Of a DNA stretch of 64,000 bases, positions 10,633 to 19,282 are shown piece after piece. Within the stretch, counting starts at the first letter, position 1. The number at the start of each line of letters is the position of its first letter. Position numbers and translations under genes: made by a program. Origin of the DNA: Fidelibacterota bacterium (lineage in GTDB: Bacteria > Fidelibacterota > Marinisomatia > SCGC-AAA003-L08 > JACNLC01); the NCBI GenBank assembly GCA_014381725.1, contig JACNLC010000040.1, positions 21,260 to 85,259 on the forward strand, given 5' to 3'. The notes under the pieces are model-generated. The model searched no databases. It had not been told where the DNA came from and worked only from the letters and a program-made list of their open reading frames with translations.

Positions 10633-11402
10633 AAATTCTGACCGTAGTTATCCTATTGTTTAGTTTTTCGTGTATGGATTTGTTTATTCCACAATCAGAT
10701 TTCAATTCTATTCATCTTAATGGTGGTGCGTGGGTGCAAATTTTCAATCGAGATGACGATGGTAATGTCTTAAATATTTTAGATGGAAGTTTTACACTTG
10801 AACTTTGGATAACTGGACAAAATATAGATACTGAATCTGCACCAGCTATTATTACTATTCAAAATAGTGATGGAGATTTAGAATTTGGAATATTTCGTGA
10901 TTTGAATAGAGATGATGTTATGATAATTTGCACTGATGAATGCATTGAAACAGACATTACCGACTTGGATTGGTCAGAGGATGATGAATTTCATTATATT
11001 GCGATTACAAGCAATCAAACCACTCTTTCCCTTTTTCTTGATGGGACTAATGTATTTTCAACTTCAATAGATACTTTTGATATTGGTGATAATGACTTAT
11101 TCATTGGAGCTTACGGAAATAAAAGTTTATCATTTTTAGATAATTTTTGGTTTGGGTACTTAACGGAATTGCGAATGTGGAATACCGATTTGAATTCGTC
11201 TACTATTTCCTTTCACAGCGACAATCCGGAAAAACTAACTGAAGAAACCGAGAGTGATTTATTAGACAACCTCAAAGGACTTTGGCGATTTAATCTTCTT
11301 GAAACAGACTCGTATGAATTTATTGATGAAAGCGGAAACGGAAATGATGGTGAAATTCGCACACTTCAGGGATATGAAGTAGAATTATCTGAAAAAGGTT
11401 GA
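10629..11402 (+). CDS. lipoprotein with LamG/concanavalin-A-like lectin domain
   Basis: Lipobox FSFSC. FTLELWI...FHYIAITSNQTTLSLFLDG...DLFIGA...GYLTELRMWN matches the Laminin_G_3 pattern. 4-nt overlap with the upstream gene. Confidence 0.6.
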   Translation: MKILTVVILLFSFSCMDLFIPQSDFNSIHLNGGAWVQIFNRDDDGNVLNILDGSFTLELWITGQNIDTESAPAIITIQNSDGDLEFGIFRDLNRDDVMIICTDECIETDITDLDWSEDDEFHYIAITSNQTTLSLFLDGTNVFSTSIDTFDIGDNDLFIGAYGNKSLSFLDNFWFGYLTELRMWNTDLNSSTISFHSDNPEKLTEETESDLLDNLKGLWRFNLLETDSYEFIDESGNGNDGEIRTLQGYEVELSEKG

Positions 11403-11454
11403 TTTTCTATGTTGGTAAAATAGTCTGTAACCCTGTAAATTTTCGCCCAGTTTA

Positions 11455-11527
<73 letters not shown>

Positions 11528-11530
11528 CTA

Positions 11531-11559
11531 AAAACTCCACTTAAACTAGTGGAGTTTTT
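11531..11559 (+). terminator. rho-independent terminator after the tRNA
   Basis: AAAACUCCAC-uuaaacua-GUGGAGUUUU hairpin ending in a U-run. Confidence 0.7.
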
Positions 11560-11633
11560 AGTAATTTTACTTATCAAAATACCTCATAAATTTATCTATG
11601 AATATTCTTAACTTTTAGTGCTCATTTTTATAA

Positions 11634-11891
11634 GTGAAAGGATATAAAATGGATATTCAATCTCTAAAAAACTTCTTTATGTGGTGTTCAATCATTAATG
11701 GATCATTGTTATTTATTTGGATTTTGATTATCGGAATTGCACCAGACTTAGTGTACAAAACCCAATATTTATGGTTTCCAATTCCAAGAGAAAAGTATGA
11801 TATAATATTGTATTCATTTCTAGGGGTATTCAAACTATTATTCCTATTTCTTAATTTCATTCCTTTTATTGTCTTGTTAATAATCGGGTAA
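11634..11891 (+). CDS. small hypothetical membrane protein
   Basis: 85-aa ORF (alternative ATG at 11649) with two hydrophobic helices. Competes with an antisense ORF at 11657..11926; the plus frame is preferred for its helix-like composition and co-orientation with aroA. Confidence 0.4.
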   Translation: MKGYKMDIQSLKNFFMWCSIINGSLLFIWILIIGIAPDLVYKTQYLWFPIPREKYDIILYSFLGVFKLLFLFLNFIPFIVLLIIG

Positions 11892-11908
11892 AGTTTGTTA
11901 AATCTATA

Positions 11909-13177
11909 ATGAATATTAACGGACATATTTCATTCTCTGGTGATAAATCAATTTCTCACAGAGCATTAATGTTGGGAGCATTGGCTGATGGGAAAAGCAC
12001 TATAAGAAATTTATCAACCGGTGTAGATGTTCAATCTACAATTTCTTGTTTGCAACAATGCGGAATTAAAATTGTTTCAGAAGGCGATCTAACTATCGTT
12101 TATGGAAATACTTGGTGCAATCCAACTAAACCATTAGATTGTGGAAATTCAGGAACTACAGTCCGTTTACTCACAGGATTACTTATCGGTAAGGGAATTT
12201 CAGCAACTTTAATCGGTGATGAATCACTCTCAAACCGTCCGATGAATCGCATCATTCAACCATTGAAATTGATGGGTGCAAATATCAAGTGTAATAACAG
12301 TAAATTACCAATAATTATTAACTCGTCATCATTAAATGGAATTCGTTACGAGCTACCGATTGCAAGTGCACAAGTGAAATCTGCTATTTTATTAGCTGGA
12401 CTTGGAGCAAAAGGGAAAACTAAAATAATCGAGAAAACTCCAACTCGCGATCATACGGAACGAATGTTGGATTCCTTGGGAGTTTCAATTCGCACTTGTC
12501 AAAATGAAATAACCATTTCAAAATTATCCAAGCCAATAACACCGTTTGATTGGACAATCCCGGACGACCCATCAACTGCTTCGTTTTTTATTTCGGCAAC
12601 ATTATTGCTTGATAACTCCCAACTAACAATCGAAAATTTATTGCTTAATCCAACACGAAGCGGATTCATCTCAATAGCAAAAAAAATGGGTGCTGATATT
12701 AAAATTCTTAACAAAGAAATAAATTTCAATGAAACTGTAGTAAAGCTAAGAATCAGAAGTAGTAAATTAAAAAGTGTTACAATATCCTCACAAGAAATAC
12801 CAAGTATGATTGATGAAATTCCGATTCTTGCAGTTTTAGCAACTCAAGCAGTAGGGAAAACTGAAATTCGTGGGGCAGGAGAACTCCGTGTAAAAGAATC
12901 AGATAGAATCAACGCAATTTGCTATAATCTAAAAAATATGGGAGCTAATGTAAGAGAATTTGAAGATGGATTTGTAGTAGAAGGTCCAACCAAGTTAACA
13001 GGAACTAAAATCAAAACATTCGGCGACCATCGAATCGCAATGGCATTTTCGATTGCAAGTTTAATATCAGACGGAAAAAACGAATTTGACAATTTAAGAT
13101 GTATCGATATATCTTGTCCAGAATTTTTTGAGTTACTAAACGACTTGGAGTTTTGTAATAATGGAGTTATGGAGTGA
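11909..13177 (+). CDS. aroA: 3-phosphoshikimate 1-carboxyvinyltransferase (EPSP synthase)
   Basis: 422 aa; GNSGTTVRLL, KESDR, DHRIAMAF motifs. Confidence 0.93.
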   Translation: MNINGHISFSGDKSISHRALMLGALADGKSTIRNLSTGVDVQSTISCLQQCGIKIVSEGDLTIVYGNTWCNPTKPLDCGNSGTTVRLLTGLLIGKGISATLIGDESLSNRPMNRIIQPLKLMGANIKCNNSKLPIIINSSSLNGIRYELPIASAQVKSAILLAGLGAKGKTKIIEKTPTRDHTERMLDSLGVSIRTCQNEITISKLSKPITPFDWTIPDDPSTASFFISATLLLDNSQLTIENLLLNPTRSGFISIAKKMGADIKILNKEINFNETVVKLRIRSSKLKSVTISSQEIPSMIDEIPILAVLATQAVGKTEIRGAGELRVKESDRINAICYNLKNMGANVREFEDGFVVEGPTKLTGTKIKTFGDHRIAMAFSIASLISDGKNEFDNLRCIDISCPEFFELLNDLEFCNNGVME

Positions 13178-13289
13178 ATTGGAAAATTGGATAGTTGGCA
13201 TTAATTATGAAAATTAAAAACAAGAGTTGATATGAAAGAACATTCTAAACTAAGGAACATCAATCCATCACCCAAAGGAAGGCCTTTAA

Positions 13290-14135
13290 ATGTTTAATTT
13301 TTCCCTCATCGGCCACCCAGTTTCTCACAGTTTAAGTCCTGTTTTACACACCGAAATTTTTAGACAATTGGGAATTGATGCAAAATATTCTGCTATTGAT
13401 GTGCAACGAGAGGAAATATATCAAATCCTTCAGAAAATGAGATTAGGTGAAATCAATGGACTTAATGTAACAATTCCGCATAAAACTGAAATAATGCATT
13501 TTCTTGATGAAATCAATGTAAAAGCAAAGCAAATTGGTGCAGTAAATTGTGTAGTTAACAGAAATAAACTTCTATTGGGCTACAATACAGATTGGTACGG
13601 ATTTTCGATGCTTTTGAAAAATAATGGTATAAATGTTCATAATAAAACTGTCATTATTTTGGGTGCTGGCGGTGTTGCAAAAAGTATAATTTATACTTTG
13701 CTTCGGGAAGGTGTTGGAATGATTGTTATTGTCAATCGAACCATCGAAAGAGCAACTAAACTCATCCGCTCATTTGAGACTGTTAATCGAAATTCCAAAC
13801 TTCTTGTTTTGCCGATGGAAGATATTTCTTCGCATTTGATGGCGGATACAATTATCATAAACTGCACTTCTGTTGGGATGACACCCAAAACTAATAAATC
13901 TCCTATTGAGAAAAATTTAATAAACGAACATCATACTTTGATTGATACAATTTACAATCCAATTGAGTCCAAATTTTTGAAATTGGGAAAAGAGTGTGGT
14001 GCAATTACAATAAATGGATTGGATATGTTTATTTGTCAGGGTTTGGCATCAATTGAGCTCTGGTTTGGAGAACCAATTTCAGAACGCGTAAATTTCGAGC
14101 AATTAAAAGAACGACTTTTGGACAATTTACAATGA
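13290..14135 (+). CDS. aroE: shikimate dehydrogenase
   Basis: 281 aa; NVTIPHK, NTDWYG, GAGGVAKS Rossmann motif. Confidence 0.9.
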   Translation: MFNFSLIGHPVSHSLSPVLHTEIFRQLGIDAKYSAIDVQREEIYQILQKMRLGEINGLNVTIPHKTEIMHFLDEINVKAKQIGAVNCVVNRNKLLLGYNTDWYGFSMLLKNNGINVHNKTVIILGAGGVAKSIIYTLLREGVGMIVIVNRTIERATKLIRSFETVNRNSKLLVLPMEDISSHLMADTIIINCTSVGMTPKTNKSPIEKNLINEHHTLIDTIYNPIESKFLKLGKECGAITINGLDMFICQGLASIELWFGEPISERVNFEQLKERLLDNLQ

Positions 14136-15310
14136 AAAAAATAAAATATTTGACAGCAGGTGAATCTCACGGAAAAGGATTAATTGGAATTTTGGAAGGA
14201 ATTCCAGCAGGACTTGAGATTTCAGAGGAAATCATTTCACTACAATTATCTCGACGACAAATGGGCTACGGTCGAGGGGATCGAATGAAAATAGAAAATG
14301 ACTATGCAGAAATTTGGTCCGGAGTTAGGTTTGGGAAAACACTTGGATCTCCTATTGCAATGCTGGTTCGTAACAAAGATTATGATAACTGGCAAAATGC
14401 AATGTCAATAGAATCATCAACTGAATCAAGCAAAAAAGTAACTCTCCCCCGCCCTGGACATGCTGATTTGGCAGGAATCCAAAAATATGGATTTAATGAT
14501 ATACGAAATGTCATCGAACGAGCTTCAGCACGAGAAACGGCAATGCGTGTTGCGTTGGCAACAATCTGTAGAGAATTACTTAATGAAGTCGGAATTGAAA
14601 TTGGAAGTCGAGTAGTCCAGATTCACAAAGTGAAAGATAATTCAGCAATTCCCAATATTGCATTAAGTGAACTAAACGATTTAACTGACAAATCTCCAGT
14701 TAGATGTTTAGACACAACTGCAGAAAAACAAATGATTCAAACCATTGAAAACGCAAAAGAAAACGGAGATTCAGTCGGTGGTATTTTTGAAGTAATAGCA
14801 ACAGGATTACCTTACGGACTCGGCTCATATTCTCAGTGGTATTCTCGTTTAAATACCCAAATAGCTGAATCAATAATGTCAATTCCTGCAATAAAAGGTG
14901 TCGAAATCGGATTAGGATTTGAATCCGCTGAACGATTTGGTAGTGAATTTCACGATGAAATTACACTCGCAAAAGAGCACGATCATAAAGAATATATTCA
15001 AAACTTTTCAAGATTGACTAACAATGCTGGAGGAATCGAAGGTGGAATGAGTAATGCAAAACCAATTGTAGTTCGTGCTATTATGAAACCGATACCAACT
15101 TTAACCAAACCGTTGCAATCTGTTGATATTAAAAGTAAAGAAATCAAATCTGCCCACAAAGAACGCACTGATTCTTGTGCGGTTCCTGCTGCATCTATAG
15201 TCGGAGAAAGTATGTTGTGTTTTGTGCTTGCTGATGCTCTGCTTGATAAATTTGGTGGGGACAGTATGGAACAACTCAAAACTCACATCAACAAAACAGG
15301 TAAATATTAG
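14132..15310 (+). CDS. aroC: chorismate synthase
   Basis: 392 aa; GESHG, RPGHAD motifs. ATGA overlap with aroE. Confidence 0.93.
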   Translation: MKKIKYLTAGESHGKGLIGILEGIPAGLEISEEIISLQLSRRQMGYGRGDRMKIENDYAEIWSGVRFGKTLGSPIAMLVRNKDYDNWQNAMSIESSTESSKKVTLPRPGHADLAGIQKYGFNDIRNVIERASARETAMRVALATICRELLNEVGIEIGSRVVQIHKVKDNSAIPNIALSELNDLTDKSPVRCLDTTAEKQMIQTIENAKENGDSVGGIFEVIATGLPYGLGSYSQWYSRLNTQIAESIMSIPAIKGVEIGLGFESAERFGSEFHDEITLAKEHDHKEYIQNFSRLTNNAGGIEGGMSNAKPIVVRAIMKPIPTLTKPLQSVDIKSKEIKSAHKERTDSCAVPAASIVGESMLCFVLADALLDKFGGDSMEQLKTHINKTGKY

Positions 15311-15313
15311 TTA

Positions 15314-15850
15314 ATGTCAGAAAACAAAAAATATCCAATATCCAATATCCAATATCCAATTTATCTTATCGGAATGATGGGTGTTTGGAAATCTACAGTA
15401 GGTAAATTATTGGCAGAACAATTAAATGTAGGTTTTATTGATACGGACAGAAAAATAGAAGAAAATATGTCTATGAATATCGGTCAGATATTTCAGCATT
15501 TAGGTGAAAAGAGATTTCGCGAAGAAGAAAACAAAGTTTTACTAAGCACTGGCAAATTTAACGGAATTGTATCAACCGGGGGTGGAATTGTAGTTACAGA
15601 AGATAATCGTTTTTTCTTATCAAAACAAACTACAATTTTGTTACAAGCACGACCCAATACTCTATCAAAGAGAATTCACAACTTGAAAACTCGACCATTA
15701 CTTCAAAACTCAACTGACTTAATAAATAGTCTTACGGAAATTTGGGTGGAGCGAGAAGTTTTCTTTAAAACTACTGCTCAATATATTTTAGAAACTGATG
15801 ACTTAAATCCAGATGAAATTGTAAATTTAATAATTGAGAAACTCAAATAA
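15314..15850 (+). CDS. aroK: shikimate kinase (atypical Walker A)
   Basis: 178 aa; IYLIGMMGVWKSTVGK...DTD...GGG architecture of AroK. Walker A has W where the invariant Gly is expected. A 7-nt x4 tandem repeat lies in codons 6-15. Confidence 0.8.
   Translation: MSENKKYPISNIQYPIYLIGMMGVWKSTVGKLLAEQLNVGFIDTDRKIEENMSMNIGQIFQHLGEKRFREEENKVLLSTGKFNGIVSTGGGIVVTEDNRFFLSKQTTILLQARPNTLSKRIHNLKTRPLLQNSTDLINSLTEIWVEREVFFKTTAQYILETDDLNPDEIVNLIIEKLK
15331..15358 (+). repeat. (ATATCCA)x4 perfect heptanucleotide tandem repeat inside the aroK 5' coding region
   Basis: Read directly: atatcca atatcca atatcca atatcca (+at). Confidence 0.95.
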
Positions 15851-15853
15851 TTT

Positions 15854-16942
15854 ATGCAAACTATTGATGTAAAATTAAAATCTAATCCTTATCAAATTTT
15901 TGTTGAAACTCATCTATTTGATAAAATATCTAATTTGCTTAAAGTAAAAAATAGTGGTCAAAAATGGGTAATCGTCACACATCCCAGCTTAGAAGAAATC
16001 TATGGAAATAAACTCCAAATATTACTTTCTAAGCATTCATTTGATGTTTCGATAATCACTATTCCTGAAGGTGAAAATTCAAAGTCATTTATTGAAACTC
16101 AGAATCTTTACAGCCAATTACTAAAACTCAACTGCGACCGTTCATCAACTTTGATTGCGCTTGGAGGTGGCGTAATTGGTGATATCACTGGATTTGTTGC
16201 CTCCACTTTTATGCGTGGAATTGAGTTTATACAAATTCCGACAACACTTTTGGCGATGGTTGATTCTTCTGTCGGAGGTAAAACAGGAATTAACCTCGAT
16301 GAAGGCAAAAATTTAGTAGGAACATTTCATCAACCAAAAGCTGTGTTTATTGACCCAATTTTATTGGGAACACTTCCTAACCGAGATATGGTTTCAGGAA
16401 TGGCTGAAGTAATAAAATATGGAGTGATTAAGGATAAATCTCTTTTCCAATTAGTTAGTCATAATCTTGATGAAATAATTTCACTTAGCAATATCGATTT
16501 ATTGGAAGATATAATTATCAAATCTTGCAAAATTAAAGCAGAAATTGTTGTAGCAGATGAGCAAGAATCCAACCATCGAAGAATATTGAACTTTGGGCAT
16601 ACTATCGGGCACGCTTTAGAAAATATTCTAGGTTATGATACTTTGCGTCACGGAGAAGCTGTTGCCTATGGGATGATTTGTGCAGGAGAGTTATCCAAGA
16701 AATATGCAAATTTATCAGAAGATAACTTCAAATTACTTGAGGAAACGATTCGACAACTGCATCTTCATAAATTACCTGATATAGAGCATTATGAAATTCT
16801 TAAATCCATTAAAAATGACAAAAAGAATGAAAGAGGTGAATTGAGTGTTATTTTAATTGAATCCATTGGGGATGCTATAATCAATCAAGATGTTACAGAT
16901 GGTGATATTGCAAATAGTATTAAATATATTAAGAATAATTAA
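15854..16942 (+). CDS. aroB: 3-dehydroquinate synthase
   Basis: 362 aa; GGGVIGD, DSSVGGKTG, NFGHTIGHALE. Confidence 0.93.
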   Translation: MQTIDVKLKSNPYQIFVETHLFDKISNLLKVKNSGQKWVIVTHPSLEEIYGNKLQILLSKHSFDVSIITIPEGENSKSFIETQNLYSQLLKLNCDRSSTLIALGGGVIGDITGFVASTFMRGIEFIQIPTTLLAMVDSSVGGKTGINLDEGKNLVGTFHQPKAVFIDPILLGTLPNRDMVSGMAEVIKYGVIKDKSLFQLVSHNLDEIISLSNIDLLEDIIIKSCKIKAEIVVADEQESNHRRILNFGHTIGHALENILGYDTLRHGEAVAYGMICAGELSKKYANLSEDNFKLLEETIRQLHLHKLPDIEHYEILKSIKNDKKNERGELSVILIESIGDAIINQDVTDGDIANSIKYIKNN

Positions 16943-17011
16943 TTTATATAATTGCATATTTTATTTGGTGTTAATTTAAAATAGCCAGTAATTTTAGGGT
17001 CTGGATATGAA

Positions 17012-17084
17012 GCGCCATTAGCTCAGTTGGTAGAGCAGTGGACTCTTAATCCATTGGTCCGGGGTTCGAATCCCTGATGGCGTA
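17012..17084 (+). tRNA. tRNA-Lys (CTT)
   Basis: Acceptor GCGCCAU/AUGGCGU (G1-U72), D-arm GCUCAGUUGGUAGAGC, anticodon loop ACUCUUAAU, T-arm CGGGGUUCGAAUCCCUG. No encoded CCA. Confidence 0.85.
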
Positions 17085-17090
17085 CGATAT

Positions 17091-17163
17091 GACCCAGTAG
17101 CTCAGTCGGTAGAGCAACGGCCTTTTAAGCCGGCGGTCGCAGGTTCGATTCCTGCCTGGGTCA
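17091..17163 (+). tRNA. tRNA-Lys (TTT)
   Basis: Acceptor GACCCAG/CUGGGUC, anticodon loop CUUUUAA, T-arm GCAGGUUCGAUUCCUGC. Starts 6 nt after the previous tRNA. Confidence 0.85.
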
Positions 17164-17172
17164 CTGACTAAA

Positions 17173-17206
17173 AGCCTTATTCCCGAAGGGAAACAAGGCT
17201 TTTTTT
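17173..17206 (+). terminator. rho-independent terminator after the tRNA pair (lies between convergent tRNAs and pilD)
   Basis: AGCCUU-a-UUCCC-gaa-GGGAA-ac-AAGGCU followed by UUUUUU. Confidence 0.75.
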
Positions 17207-17298
17207 GTGCTCTAAAGATTTACACTTAATCAATAATAGTCAAATATATCCAAAATTAAGGACACAATGTAAACTTAACTGTTAATTGGTGATTGGAT

Positions 17299-18063
17299 TT
17301 AAATAAAATTCATTATGTCTATGTTAAATACCCTTACAATAACAGCGGAAACCGATAAGAAAGGAGCAAAAGGAAGTGCCAATTCTCGTTGAAATCCATT
17401 AACTACTCCAAAAATCGTCCACACTAACAATCCAATGATTGCTGATAATAGAATGGTTACAAATATATCAACCTGACCAACCCAAGCACCCAAAATGATA
17501 ATCAACAGTAAATCACCATATCCCATTGTTTGTTTTTTGAAAATCAGCCGAGTTATCAGAATCATACTTCCTAGATATGCAAAACCGAATAATGCTCCAT
17601 ATAGTGATTTCAATACAGATACTTCATTTATGAAATAATTTAGGATTAAGACTAACAATCCAACAAATAAAAGAGAAATAGGGATTATCATAAACTCTGC
17701 ATCAATAAAAGATATCGCAACCAAAGTACTAACAAAGCTAGCGAAAATAATTGCATTTGACATAGGATAGTTGGTAAATGCGAAAAGCCAAATACAACCG
17801 GTAACCAATTCTACCAACGGATAACGGATAGAAATATTTTCTTTACAGACTATACACTTTCCTAACTGAAAAATATAACTGAATAAAGGTATATTTCTAT
17901 AAAATGGAATCTGAGTTTTACACTTTGGGCAATGTGATCCTGGTTTGATAATTGAAATATCCCTCGGAAGTCTATAAATAAGGACATTTAGAAAACTTCC
18001 GATTATAAGTCCAAAAATAAACGGAAGAATTAACAGACCATTAGTTGGCAAGTGCATTTCCAA
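17299..18063 (-). CDS. pilD: prepilin peptidase / N-methyltransferase (A24 family)
   Basis: 254 aa polytopic membrane protein; CPKC...CIVC tetracysteine; GYGDLLL catalytic Asp region. Confidence 0.9.
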   Translation of the reverse strand: MEMHLPTNGLLILPFIFGLIIGSFLNVLIYRLPRDISIIKPGSHCPKCKTQIPFYRNIPLFSYIFQLGKCIVCKENISIRYPLVELVTGCIWLFAFTNYPMSNAIIFASFVSTLVAISFIDAEFMIIPISLLFVGLLVLILNYFINEVSVLKSLYGALFGFAYLGSMILITRLIFKKQTMGYGDLLLIIILGAWVGQVDIFVTILLSAIIGLLVWTIFGVVNGFQRELALPFAPFLSVSAVIVRVFNIDIMNFI

Positions 18064-19282
18064 ATTGGAAAATTGGTAAGTAAGTTACAATCACAATTAA
18101 ACCGATTACAGCACCGACTAAAATAATTAGGGCGGGTTCAATTATACTTGTTAACCTATCAACGATTGCATTGACTTGTTTAGTATAAAAATCAGATGCT
18201 TTCAAAACTAAATTGTCGATTTCACCTGTTTCCTCACCAGTTGAAACTAACTGGATCATAATGGGAGGGAAAATACCAGTATCTCTGAATGCAACAGAAA
18301 TACTTGTTCCATTTTCAATTTCTTTTCCTGCTTTTTGAATAGCAAGTTCGAATACTCTATTTTCCACAACTTTTTCAAGTAATTTCATTGTATCCATAAC
18401 CATCACACCTGAACCAAGTAGAATCCCCATAGTTTTACAGAATTTGCTAAGAATCCCCTGTAATATCAATTTTCCAAATATAGGGATCCGCATGAAAAAT
18501 CTATCCTTTATCAGCCTTCCAGCGTCTGTAAGAGTAACCAACCAAATTCCTCCCAAACCAAGAAATGATAAGAATAAAACAGATAAGATATTCTTTTGGA
18601 ACCAGTCACCAGTATTAATAAGAATTTGTGTATAAAGAGGTAATTCTGCATTTAGACTTTCATAAACAGCAGAAAATTGTGGGATTATAACCGTGAAAGT
18701 TACTATCAACATTACAAACAAAAACCCAATTATAAATACTGGATAGTACATTGCAGATTTGATTTTTCGTTGAGTATCTTCTACAGTTTCTAAATATTGA
18801 GCTAATTCTTCTAGAGTTTGAGATAATTGCCCACTAACTTCACCAGCTCTAACTAAAGAAATATATAAATTAGAAAATACACCTGGATGTCTTTCTAACG
18901 CATCTGATAAAAGTAGCCCTTTTCTGATATTTTCTTCAATTATCTTAAGATACTTCTTAAACTTTTTATTTTTTTCTTCGCTTTTAAGAAAATATAAAGC
19001 CCGTTCAATAGTTAGTCCTGCAGAGAACATTGTAGATAATTGTCTAGTAAAAAAAACTAATGTAGATAAAGGTACCCTATTTCTAAAACGAGTAATTTGG
19101 TATTGCAATCGATCCAAAAATGGACCTAGAAAATCAAATGAAGTATCCTTCTGTGCAAGTTTGATAATAATATTCTTATCAGACCTAAGCTCTTCAGCTG
19201 CTTCATTCCTGTTATTGGCTTCTATTTCGCCTTCTTTTCGAACTCCATCTTGCGTGCGAATTATATAACTAAATATAGGCAT
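18041..19282 (-). CDS. pilC: type IV pilus platform protein (GspF/PilC family)
   Basis: 413 aa with two GspF-type repeats and three TM segments. Overlaps the pilB stop by 1 nt. Confidence 0.9.
   Translation of the reverse strand: MPIFSYIIRTQDGVRKEGEIEANNRNEAAEELRSDKNIIIKLAQKDTSFDFLGPFLDRLQYQITRFRNRVPLSTLVFFTRQLSTMFSAGLTIERALYFLKSEEKNKKFKKYLKIIEENIRKGLLLSDALERHPGVFSNLYISLVRAGEVSGQLSQTLEELAQYLETVEDTQRKIKSAMYYPVFIIGFLFVMLIVTFTVIIPQFSAVYESLNAELPLYTQILINTGDWFQKNILSVLFLSFLGLGGIWLVTLTDAGRLIKDRFFMRIPIFGKLILQGILSKFCKTMGILLGSGVMVMDTMKLLEKVVENRVFELAIQKAGKEIENGTSISVAFRDTGIFPPIMIQLVSTGEETGEIDNLVLKASDFYTKQVNAIVDRLTSIIEPALIILVGAVIGLIVIVTYLPIFQFGNALAN

Noticed and set aside
11657-11926. 89-aa minus-strand ORF overlapping the 85-aa plus-strand ORF and the aroA start
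   Set aside because: It is antisense to a more membrane-protein-like frame, overlaps the aroA start, and has no SD. It is likely a shadow ORF, though neither small ORF is certain.
13178-13289. aroA-aroE spacer checked for an aromatic-amino-acid attenuator or leader peptide
   Set aside because: The two mini-ORFs (7 and 19 codons) contain no Phe/Trp/Tyr runs, and no terminator/antiterminator pair is visible.
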